Assembly: GCA_951406725.2 (NCBI GenBank)
Contig: OX597824.1
Coordinates: 92,628,001 to 92,692,000, forward strand
Direction: 5' to 3'
Source: Octopus vulgaris
Lineage: Eukaryota
DNA length: 64,000 nt
Positions within the stretch are counted from its first letter, which is position 1. Every line of letters begins with the position of its first letter. The position numbers and the translations under genes were made by a program. Below are positions 53,142-64,000 of this stretch, one piece after another. The notes below the pieces were generated by a model. That model did not search any database, was not told where the DNA came from, and was given only the letters and a program-made list of their open reading frames with translations.

Positions 53142-53616
53142 GACCGGCAACCCCACCAAGCTCGCTTGGTGAGGAAGGGTGTTTATTGGACACTCTGCGG
53201 GATGAAAAACAAAACCCGTCAAAGGGCGGTGGAACTCTTGAGAGTCAACGGACATCCAATAAATGCCTTAAGGCTGTATCATCGGCGGTGACATAGAAAT
53301 AATCGGACTGAATACCCGATCACGCGATTAAACCATTGGGAGTGAAGGACTCCCAGCCTTTGTTAGGGCATCCTTCTAGGTGAAGGTAACTCAGGTAACT
53401 GGGATAACTTCGACATAAAATCTTCGGCTCAGTGGTTACCAATGATGTTGACTTTTCCTTCTTTTCGGATTATGGCTATCGTTGCTTAGTGAGTGGGATT
53501 GACTCAGTGCACTGCTTTCGTCACTTAAAAAAATCTTCTTGCACAGGCATTGCACGATAACAACATTGATTAAGCTTCGTGCAATGACCATATTCGATAA
53601 CGAAGGAGCAGCCACC
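53142..53616 (+). mobile_element. Non-autonomous RTE-derived element (5' UTR-like part joined to a 3' tail)
   Basis: RTE 5' UTR-like motifs ggtgaggaagggtgttt, aaaacccgtcaaagggcgg and gggcatccttctaggtgaaggtaactc; ends gaccatattcgataacgaaggagcagccacc plus (ATGT)n; no ORF2. Confidence 0.55.
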
Positions 53617-54355
53617 ATGTATGTATGTATGTATGTATGAATGTATGTATAAAGTGCATTAAGTGATCATCGTTTTCCAGTTTCCTTCACTTTTCAGGAA
53701 TGAGCAAATGAGCGTCTTTCTTTTCATACAGATAATACAGATACAACACAGGCTACGCCTTCAATTTACTTCCTTTTAGTGTGGTGGGATAATGTCATCA
53801 GGAACTACCCAATAAATTATTTCCGTAAAGTATTCTTTCCGTGAAATATTCACGGATCTCTCTAGTAGAATGAATAACAGCGATACACTGAGGTCAAATA
53901 AATCGGCTTCACAAACTGATCAGTAACGCTGTTAAAAATATTTGCGATACAACGATGAAACATAAACGAATACAACAGCGCTGTGAAGAATAATTCGTCA
54001 TATGTATAACAACTGAAATTCTGCGTTGAAATTTGGTCAAATGCTCTCTGTCCGCGGGGACAATTATTTATAGTTGTAATAATTTCTCTTATTGTTTGTA
54101 TGTTATTTGACATCTTTCGTTTATTTCATTTTTCTGTCTATTAGAAATATCTCGTGGAACACTTGCGCAATAATTGCATAGAAATTAAATGCAAAACTGA
54201 AATATAATTTGTAAAACATTCAAAAAGCTATACATATAAGAAATCTGGTATAGCCTTAAACATAATCATATAATCGTTTACAATTCCTCCACTCTTACAC
54301 ACACACACTCTGTCTCTCTCTCACTCTCTCTGAATATATTTACGCATAGAATATT

Positions 54356-54388
<33 letters not shown>

Positions 54389-54516
54389 CACACATATATA
54401 TATATATATATACATCTATTTTATATATGCATATATATATATATACATAAATTGGCACGCATACACACAGAGACACATATATGAATATATACATATATAT
54501 GAATATATATATACAT

Positions 54517-54604
<88 letters not shown>

Positions 54605-54662
54605 TTATACATATATAAATTGTAATATACATACAGGCACGCATGCATACACACAGACACTC

Positions 54663-54694
<32 letters not shown>

Positions 54695-54891
54695 GAAATA
54701 TTAAATTTCTAAATGTATATACATATATATGAATATATATATATACATATGTACGTATATTTCTACATATATACATTTTATAATACTTACAGGCATGGAC
54801 GCATACTCAGAGATACATATATAAGAGTATATGCATATATATAATTACACATATATATATATATATACGCATATATATATATATATAGACA

Positions 54892-54928
<37 letters not shown>

Positions 54929-54960
54929 ACATACGTATATAGGCATATGTATATATAGAC

Positions 54961-55013
<53 letters not shown>

Positions 55014-55625
55014 CATGCATATACATTTATATATACATATAGATATACATATCTGTGAGTGTGTATGTGTCCGATCGTATTAGTACCTCTGCGGATATTG
55101 ATGCGTATTTCATAAAAGACAAAGAGAAATGCAGTTTAATTTGATATTTCGAATAGCTTTCGCTAAATCGTTTGTTGTTTGCCGTTTTACTTATATTTTT
55201 GCATCTTAATCTCTTCATCATTTTAACTGTCGAGTAATTTGTTAATTGTTTCAGCATACATCGAACGTTCAGCAGTACATATATTGCAATTATAACATTC
55301 TCTGCAATACGTGCTACCACCATGACACACCGCATTTAATTGCAAATAGATATTCAATAACATTGAAAAGTAATTATTTCTTACATGTTTTAAAACAGTT
55401 ATGGATTTTTGGATACGGCTGTAAACAACTTATATCAATTCTTTTATTGACTGTTGCTTGTCCCCGTGGAAGAAAATTTCTCTTACTCTCCCTAGAACAA
55501 CCTTGTGGTCCTGATTTCTCTCTGTATCTTGATGCGTTGATGGCTTCCTTGGGAAGAGAAATTTAAGGACGAAATTGGGTATAACGATTAAAAAACATCT
55601 TCCAGATAGTAATGATTGCTAATTG

Positions 55626-55707
<82 letters not shown>

Positions 55708-55829
55708 TGAGAGAGAGAGAGAGAGATATTTATTTATTTGTTTGTTTAGATGTGGCTGTGTGGCAAGAAGCTTGCTTCCACATGCTTCTGGGTTCCAATA
55801 TATGGCACCCTAAACATAACGACAACATG

Positions 55830-55950
55830 AACTTGTCCGGTACAAAATCTAAATATTTTGTGCCAGTCACGAGGCCAAACTTCCTTGAAAATGCCATCCA
55901 AATCCATCCAGCGGTTCTTGAGATATCTTGTCTACGGTCAGACAAACTTG
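55830..55950 (-). mobile_element. Fragment of the HINE/DINE-like element
   Basis: Matches 56692-56820 (atccatccagcggttcttgagatatcttgtctacgg). Confidence 0.75.
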
Positions 55951-56019
55951 TTGTCTCTTGAGGTCTCCGGGTGAGACTTGGAGCCAACTTGTACAAATGC
56001 AAAGCAAAAGTCAAACGTA

Positions 56020-56024
56020 TAATG

Positions 56025-56073
<49 letters not shown>

Positions 56074-56075
56074 TG

Positions 56076-56118
<43 letters not shown>

Positions 56119-56262
56119 TAATAATAATGATAATAATAGAAGAAGAAGAAGAAGAAGACGAAGAAGAAGAAGAAGAAGAAGAAGAAGAAGAAGAAGAAGA
56201 AGAAGAAGAAGAAGAAGAAGAAGAAGAAGAAGAAGAAGAAGAAGAAGAAGAAGAAGAAGAAG

Positions 56263-56292
<30 letters not shown>
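56020..56292. repeat. (AAT)n followed by (GAA)n
   Basis: Tandem repeats read directly. Confidence 0.97.
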
Positions 56293-56293
<1 letters not shown>

Positions 56294-56504
56294 TCACTCG
56301 CATACAATACAAACACTAGCCCTACAAAAGACTGCAACCTGACCCACAACAAAACCGACGCAATACAATATCGGGAAGTGTTCGCACTCCACCACCAACA
56401 AAAAATAACTCACAATGCTGCTTAAACACCAGGAGCACGGTAATGCAACCGGTGATGCAGTAGAAATTTATATGAAACTGTCAGATTTTGAGTAATAATA
56501 ATTA

Positions 56505-56870
56505 CAACAATATCACGAGCACTGAGAGAGTGCAAACCTCCCCCAAGGCAACAGCAACGTCCTCTCCAGAGAGGATTTTTAAAATGAGAATATCTGAAAT
56601 AAACTCGGCTGCTCTCACAAACGAGAATGCTAAAAATGAGCCTGACCTCTCTCAAAAATTATGTAAACGAACAAGAAAAATCCTCCAGAATGCTTGTCCG
56701 GTACAAGATCGATCCCAAAATCTAGGCATTTTGTGCCTGTTACGAGACCAAACATCCCTGAAAGTTTCATCCGAATCCATCCAGTGGTTCTTGAGATATC
56801 TTGTCTACGGACAGACAAACAAACAAAATGGAAACCAATACCTCCGCCTTCGCTAAGGAGGATGTAATAA
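56505..56870 (-). mobile_element. Helentron-associated non-autonomous element (HINE / DINE-1-like)
   Basis: Minus strand: 5' subterminal inverted repeat (acctccgcctt..aaggaggatgt), short GTTT/GTCY repeat, 3' subTIR (acctccccc at 56536) next to stem-loop gcactgagagagtgc; T-rich ends. Confidence 0.7.
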
Positions 56871-57595
56871 TACTGGTGACAGAGTAGAACATTCCACTAT
56901 ACCATGACTAGTTAAACATTCCACTATACCATGACTAGTTCAAAATCAATAATGATGTTTCTAATTAAAACATTACATCACAGTACAGTTTCCGTGAAAA
57001 ACATTGTTAAAACTGTGCGTTTTCATGAAATGCTTTTCACAAGATGCCGTAACGAACTTTTGTCTACAACACACGAACATATTTTATTTAAATTCATACA
57101 GGCAAATAAGTTTGGTAGGAAGAAAAAGAAAAGCGTCTACTGACATATAAGATATGATCATTTGCAGAATAGTATTGGTTTATACACGAGATTAACGGAG
57201 AGAATTGTCTTCTATTTTTTGACGTAAATTATAGAGCAGTTAGCGATGTGAATAAGAAAGAGATATCTAAATCCGATAATATGATACAAAAACAATAGCT
57301 GTTTTAATCGAGATATAACTAGCAGAGTATTACTTACCCAATAATAGGATGTGTCATAAATTAAGACGTAGAAATATCTTACCGATAAAACCTTTCGCAC
57401 TGGAATTAAGTTACATCAAAAGACAACCTGTAAAAATATTGAATTCAGGGGGAAATGCCTGTATTAAAATGGATAAACACCTTCTTATTCTTGTCAATTG
57501 CGCGCTGTAACACCGACACTGAAAGCTAGAAATTAAGGAGCCTTAAATAGATATAGTTTATAGAATGGAAATCAGAAGGGTAATTAGGATTATTA

Positions 57596-58010
57596 ATATT
57601 GGTTTCAAATTTGGGAGGTGGGTGCTAATCGATTACATCAGTCCCACTGTTCAAATGGTACTTAATTTATAACCCCGGAAAGGATGAAAGGCAAAGTCGA
57701 CCTCGACGGTATTTGAACCCAGAACGTTCAGACTAGCCAAATTCTGCAAATTATTGTGCTCTGCGTGCTAATTATCCTATTTCTTTACTACCCACAAGGG
57801 GCTAGACACAGATAGGTCAAACAAGGACAGACAAAGGGATTAAGTCGAATACATCAACCCCAGTGCGTAACTGGTACTTAATTTATCGACCCCGAAAGGA
57901 TGAAAGGCAAAGTCGACCTCGGCGGAATTTGATCTCAGAACGTAGCGGCAGACGAAATATAGGTAAACATTTCGCCCGGAGTGCTAACGTTTCTGCCAGC
58001 TGGCCGCCTT
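57596..58010 (-). mobile_element. SINE family A dimer
   Basis: Two reverse-complement cores; head ctgccagctggccgcc. Confidence 0.88.
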
Positions 58011-58179
58011 AAAGATAATTACTATTGAGAGGAAAGAAAGAAGGTCTTTACAATCTATAATAAATGGGGACCTGAAAAAAATCATTGTGTAATTATTTCA
58101 AGGATATCTTCTAGACAGCAAATGTAAAATATAGATGAATGAAAAATTTATTATTAGGATATGAAATATACAGAAATAC

Positions 58180-58330
58180 TTATTTCTTTATTACCCACAA
58201 AGGGGACTAAACATAGGGGACACCAGCAAGGACAAAGAGGTTAAGTTGATTATATATCGACCGCAGTGCGTAACTAGCACTTAATTAATTGACCCCGAAA
58301 GGAAGAAAGCAAAGTCGACCTCAGTCGGAA
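58180..58330 (-). mobile_element. SINE family A, 3' fragment
   Basis: tatttctttattacccacaa..gaccccgaaagga..gcaaagtcgacctc. Confidence 0.8.
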
Positions 58331-58356
58331 TCACTTCATTTTATTTCACATTGGTC

Positions 58357-58620
58357 CATGATGATGATGATGATGATGATGACGACGACGATGAAGACGA
58401 TGATGATGATGATGATGATAACGACGACGATGAGGATGATGATGTGAATGAGGATTAAAATAATGATGACGATGAGGATGATGTTGAAAATGATGATGAT
58501 GATGATGACGACGGCGACGACGACGACAATGATGATGATGATAAGGATGGTAATGATGATGAAGATGATGATGACGACAACGATGACGACGACGACGATG
58601 ATGATGATGATGGTTATTAT
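58357..58620. repeat. (GAT)n/(GAC)n mosaic
   Basis: Tandem repeats read directly. Confidence 0.95.
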
Positions 58621-58723
58621 TATATAGATAGTAAAATTGACATAGTACTGTCTGTGCAATTTAATTCAGTTGACTTTTACGTTGCGTTACCCTGTTTTAA
58701 GGGCGAACAGACACTTAACAAAT

Positions 58724-58793
<70 letters not shown>

Positions 58794-59193
58794 GCACACA
58801 CACACACACATCGCTCGGTTTAAGACAATGTAACAACTCTGTTTCTTTAGACTACATGGAAGTAACAATGGAAAATGATTTACTAATAATCAATAAATAT
58901 ACAGCGGAATTGATTATCCATTACTGAATCATCAACAACAAACAATACACCTCATGATAATTCTCTTCCATTTTGTGTGAGAATGATTTTTTAAAAGATT
59001 TTATGCAACAAGCAAACTGAATGAATAATTAAATAGTGATAACACGAATATTCGAATTGTTAATTATCATAAACTATTTTAATAATGTGAATCGATTGAA
59101 ACAAAGAAATTAAACTCGAGGTTTGCTCAGTGGAACAATGTACATGGTATCAGACAAAGTATGGTTCACTTATAGGAAAAGCAGCAGCAGCAA

Positions 59194-59560
59194 GTGGGGG
59201 CGCAATGGCCCGGCGGTTAGGGCAGCGGACTCGCGGACGGAGGATCGGTCGCGGTTTCGATTCCCGGACCGGGCGTTGTGTGTGTTTATTGAGCGAAATC
59301 ACCTAAAGATCCACGAGGCTCCGGCAGGGGGTGGTGGCGACCCCTGTTGTACTCTTTCGCTCCAACTTTCTCTCACTCTTTCTTCCTGTTTCTTGTCCCC
59401 GACTTCCTACGCAACCGCTGAGCCTGGATGCGTATTCATCCATCCGTCGATGCTCTCGGTGTCGGGGTTTGGCCTGCTTTCTCTTCTGCAGGTCTTACGA
59501 ATAGCAAAGGACCATGATTCGGACTTCTAGGACGAAGATCGCTTCGCTCAACAAACAAAC
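59194..59560 (+). mobile_element. SINE family D head with an alternative structured 3' tail and a 14-bp TSD
   Basis: The head matches 62111 onward up to tcttcctgtttc, then an unrelated tail ends in (aaac)n; TSD agcagcagcagcaa at 59180-93 and 59561-74. Confidence 0.88.
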
Positions 59561-59663
59561 AGCAGCAGCAGCAAAGTTTGGTAAGTGAACATACTGCTGA
59601 TAAATTTAAATGATGTGTTCGTACCACGGCCGCCCCTGATCTACATACCGACGAGCGCGTACA

Positions 59664-59716
<53 letters not shown>

Positions 59717-59740
59717 ATGTATGTATGTATGTATGTATGT

Positions 59741-59780
<40 letters not shown>

Positions 59781-62110
59781 ATGTACATACATATGTATGT
59801 ATGTGTGTATGTATAAAAAGTACAAAAATGTAAGCCTAGCACTTATGTATTGTATTGTATAACAATTGATTCTTGTTCTTAGAGTTTGCTGATCCTGCGA
59901 ATAAACATTATATTCTTAAGATCAAACTAACAGCTAGAGTTATGAATTTTACAACATAACTTCCACGTCCGCCATCAAAAGACAAATCAAATAGACATTA
60001 GCAGTTTATTCGTGTGCTTGCATCTTTCTGATATGTTTTGGACAAGAGGCTTTTATTTCACGCGCTTCGCCGCTATATTATTAGCTATTTGTAATACATT
60101 TTCCCATATGTGTATCGAGGATTTTGTCAATATGCCCATTCATATTATCGTTGATGTATTTATAAATAACACTGTATGGTTTATATAATTTTATACTTAT
60201 ATTGTCCGATTACTTCCGTTGTATTCACGTCTGTGTTTTTAGCGATATAACATACAGGCTTAGGAAAAAAATCTACTATCGTTGTAAGAAATATTTATAA
60301 AAAAAAAACCGCGGTTTGGGTAGTTTTCTAGTTTGACAAATACAGTTTGTTTACAAACGTCGTAGGGGTTCAACAATAGAATCATTTTGTATAAAGCCTA
60401 CAATGGCTCCTGAACAAAGCCATCGACGAAAGCAAATGTAATGTTGCAGAATGTAGGAATTTTTATTACAAATATGGTGTTGTGCACTGCTGCAATCCAA
60501 CAGATATTCTAGTTGCGTATGTACGATATTTCCTCGCCGAACCAACCGGCTCTGCGAAAGAAAAGCATTACAGATTGTTACACGACAAACCTTCATCGTC
60601 ATCATCAATATTAACATTATTATAATCATCGCTTTACTATTCATAATGTTTCTATGTTCCTTTATGCAATCTCAGTAATATGTCGATTAGCCTTCCTTGA
60701 ATTCTGATTTTTCTGCAGACTCAGCATCACTTCATCATGCTTTTAATCTTACCCATTTCTCTTATTCGTCCACTCCCGTTTATTTCGACGTATACAGAAA
60801 ACCTTGGCACCAAACTGCTAATCCGTTAATCGTTAATTAACGAAGTTAACATTTTCGTTAACGACTTAACTTGTAAGTTAACTTAAGAAATCATTATAGG
60901 ACTAATTAACTTCTGTTTTATTTGACTTCCATTAACTCAAGAGATTTGGATTTTATTTCGATGTATGATTTTAAAAAAAATAAAGTGGTTTAGCATATTC
61001 GACGGCAAGTTTTTTTATCTTTTATTATACACGCGACCAGAAGGAGCAACTGACATAATGGAAACGAAGCTTTATTCTTTATTCTCTCGTAATAAAGATC
61101 TTAAACCAACGTGAAGGATTTTTTTATTAGCAAATATGCCAAATCCAATATTGCGATGAGGGTTACAGCACCGAAGATGTTATATTCCAGCATTTGGCTA
61201 AACGAAACATCACTTTCAATTGTTTTCTGTAAATGCATAAATGTAAACTGAAGTATTGGAGATAATTCACAGAATTGTACCTCTTACTTTTTTCTCTTGC
61301 TAGACTTCAAGCATTCTGAGGCACCGTCTTGGATGATAGTAGTCAAAAAGACCAATCCCGCTCCATTTGTTTAAATATGGTAAGTATCTACTGATCTCTG
61401 TTACCGTGATGCTAATACACAACAGCTAAACCATACAAAAACGGTTGTCTAAAGGTGGAAGATAAATGCAGACACCAATACACATACACACACAAACGCA
61501 CATAAACACATACACTCAAACACACTCACGCACACATACACACATTTGTTTGTAGACGCCACTCAAGTGACAAAGGTTACTAGTTAGCCCCAGCGTTGCT
61601 AGAAATAACGGTGAAAACAACTTATAGTTACGAAAAAGCACCTATATAATAACTGACTTGTCACTTTAGTAAGGTATATACATCTCCCTTTCGGTTGTAA
61701 ATTGCGAATAAGCCGCCTTTATTATAGACCCGAAACCACGTGGTCGGTAAGCAAGCTACTTACCACACAAATACATACATACATACGTACATACATACAT
61801 ACATACATACATACATACATACATAGACAGGTTTCCACATACCGATTCATTCCGATTCATTCGAAACTCATTAGTCAACCCGGGGCCACAATAGAAGATT
61901 CATACACAAGATGCGGCACAGAGTAACTAAAACCGAATACACACAATTGAAAACCAAAACCCTTAATCACACAACAATGCGGAGATAAGCCAGCCAAATA
62001 ATCTTTGCATAATGCTTAAAGCTTAGCAGTATTTACAATTATTTAAATATTTGCCGAGTCCTACTGCAAGGGTCGAATTTATCTTTCATCTCCGTCATAT
62101 TTATATCATA

Positions 62111-62489
62111 GTGGAGGCGCATTGGACCAGTGGTCATGGCAGCGGACACACGGTTGTAAGATTGCAGTTTCGATTCCCAGACCGGGTGTTGTGAGTGTTT
62201 ATTAAGCGGAAGCAACTAAAGCTTCATGAGGCTCCGGCAAGGGGTGGTAGCGAACCCTGCTGTACCCTTTCATCACAGTTTTGTCTCACTCTTTCTTCTT
62301 GTTTTTGTTTTAATTGTATTTCAAAGGCCAGCCTTGTCACACTCTGTGTCACGCTGAATCTCCCCGAGAAGTACATTAAGGGTACACGTGTCTGTGGAGT
62401 GCTCAGCCACTTGCACGTTAATTTCACAAGCAAGCTGTTCCGTTGATCGGATCAATTGGAACCCTCGGTTTCGTAACCGACGGAGAGCC
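62111..62489 (+). mobile_element. SINE family D, full length
   Basis: gtggaggcgcattggaccagtgg..gtttcgattccc..cgtaaccgacggagagcc. Confidence 0.9.
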
Positions 62490-62834
62490 GTAGTAATTGA
62501 TATCATTATCAAGTTATGCACACTAGGTCAATATAATCTGTTACAGCACTCTATCAAAAAAGGTTTTTGGCCATCTTCCAACGGAAAGAAATCAATGTTA
62601 GTACCATCACATCGCTAAAAGCAGAGATTCGGACGCGCTTGATTTACATTCTTATTAAATATGTTTAATTGATTTTTTCTCAAAAACATATTTATGTTAC
62701 ATTATGTACTTACATGAGAAAGTGTGCGTCTAAATATTTTTCCTAGCTCAAAATGTAAAAAGCATACGTGTGAAAAGTTGCAGTTAGCCCTTGTAACTAG
62801 ACGTAGTTTAAATTTTAACGATTTTCATATTTTA

Positions 62835-63060
62835 TCTCTTGCTTGTCTCACTCATTGGACTGCGGCCATCATGTTGCAACGCCAAAGAGGTTTTCACTCG
62901 AATGTATCGGATGCACTACTTACGTGTTTTCATTAGGTCTGGCTCATATTTTATCGAAACATTTGCCGAACTGCTAAGGTACGTGGACGTAAACACACCA
63001 TCATCGGTTGCCAAGAGATGAGGTGGGGGAGAAACATTTACACAACACAGACACAGTGTG
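62835..63060 (-). mobile_element. SINE family B, 3' part
   Basis: gactgcggccatc..tttgccgaactgctaag..ggacgtaaacacacca. Confidence 0.75.
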
Positions 63061-63158
63061 TAAAGAAGACGGAAAAATACCGCAAGGGATTTTTCTAACC
63101 CCTAAAATGTTTCTTCTTGGTCGTTTTAGTACATTTCTTTACAGGAACGCACACACAC

Positions 63159-63235
<77 letters not shown>

Positions 63236-63431
63236 ATGTGTGTATGTATGTATGTATGTATGTATGTATGCATGTATATATGTATATACATGTACACAAG
63301 AAGAAAACAATGGACACTCAAAATGAACAATGAAGTATAAATATATATTTTGTCATAGAGCAAACATACTCGGATTATACAGGCTACATCTCAAAATAAA
63401 CTAAAATGAAAGAACGAATTATAACTATATA

Positions 63432-63628
63432 TATTCTTTTCTACTCTAGGCACAAGTTGGGGCTAGTCGATTAGATCCACACCAGTATTCAACTGGTACT
63501 TTATTTATCGACCCCGAAATGATGAAATGCAAAGTCGACTTCGGCGGATTTTGAACTCAGAACGCAAACATAGACGAAATAACGCTATTTCGCCCGTCGT
63601 GCGAACGTTTCTGCCAGCTCGCCGCCTT
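63432..63628 (-). mobile_element. SINE family A monomer (second tail type)
   Basis: ttttctactctaggcacaag tail through to ctgccagctcgccgcc head. Confidence 0.88.
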
Positions 63629-63684
63629 AATATATAAATATATATCTGTATATATTGTTACAGAGCAAACTTACTCGGATTACA

Positions 63685-63790
63685 CATGATTCCGGGTTCA
63701 GTCCCACTGCTTGGCACATTGGGCAAGTGTTTTCTGCTATAGCCTCCGGCCGACCAGACCTTTGACGGAAACTGAATGAAGTCCGTCGTA
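63685..63790 (+). mobile_element. SINE family B fragment
   Basis: ccgggttcagtcccactgc..gggcaagtgt..gacggaaactga. Confidence 0.75.
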
Positions 63791-63812
63791 CGTATATATA
63801 TATATATATATA

Positions 63813-64000
63813 CAAGCAGTATCGCCCGGCGTTGCTCGGGTTGTAAGGGAAATAACTATATAAGCATTTTTAGAGAGTTATAGCAAAAAAATAGCAAAAA
63901 ATGCATTAAAAATTGAAAAATAATTAAGGTAAATTTTTTTTTAAATCGTTGACACATCGTAGATATTTTTAGAGAGTTACTTCCCTTATATAAAGGCGAA
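63813..64000 (-). mobile_element. Non-autonomous Helitron 3' end (same family as 20787-21169), running off the window
   Basis: Reverse complement of cccgagcaacgccgggcgatactgcttg plus the shared ataactctctaaaaatgctt segment. Confidence 0.85.

Noticed and set aside
55928-56425. Poly-Arg/Glu/Asn ORFs
   Set aside because: Pure (AAT)n and (GAA)n microsatellite.
56888-56940. 26-bp tandem duplication (similar short duplications near 34891 and 44063)
   Set aside because: Only two units with no spacer array; ordinary slippage, not CRISPR-like.
59125-59586. Small exon interrupted by the SINE (cag|...ttg|gtaagt)
   Set aside because: Weak acceptor and no recognisable peptide; a donor-like hexamer alone is expected by chance.
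59608-59642. C/D-box snoRNA-like atgatg...ctga
   Set aside because: The boxes are only ~25 nt apart and box C is imperfect.

Overview
Very AT-rich, gene-poor, repeat-saturated eukaryotic DNA, read as intronic or intergenic. The dense (TA)n/(CA)n/(GATA)n microsatellites and four tRNA-derived SINE families point to a coleoid cephalopod, most likely Octopus; this is recalled repeat knowledge, not a database result. No intact protein-coding gene is supportable, and almost all listed ORFs are microsatellite artefacts. Recognisable content: about 30 SINE copies (my labels A-D, including multimers and chimeras), decayed mariner and Tc1 transposases, non-autonomous Helitron and Helentron-associated (HINE/DINE-like) elements, RTE LINE pieces, Penelope-like element (PLE) GIY-YIG remnants and several fold-back MITEs. 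The most interesting signal is a set of small elements, mostly embedded in (TA)n tracts, that carry minimal type I hammerhead ribozyme (HHR) folds. These include intact cores at 37534-37633 and 46477-46548, a perfect palindrome with an HHR on each strand (37849-37986), an HHR with a swapped G3-C8 core pair (27004-27053, minus), recurrent CCGANGA/CTGYNGA variant cores, and terminally redundant units. Together they suggest a PLE-mobilised, retrozyme-like RNA element system that targets microsatellites. All folds were derived by eye and are untested; repeat boundaries are approximate.
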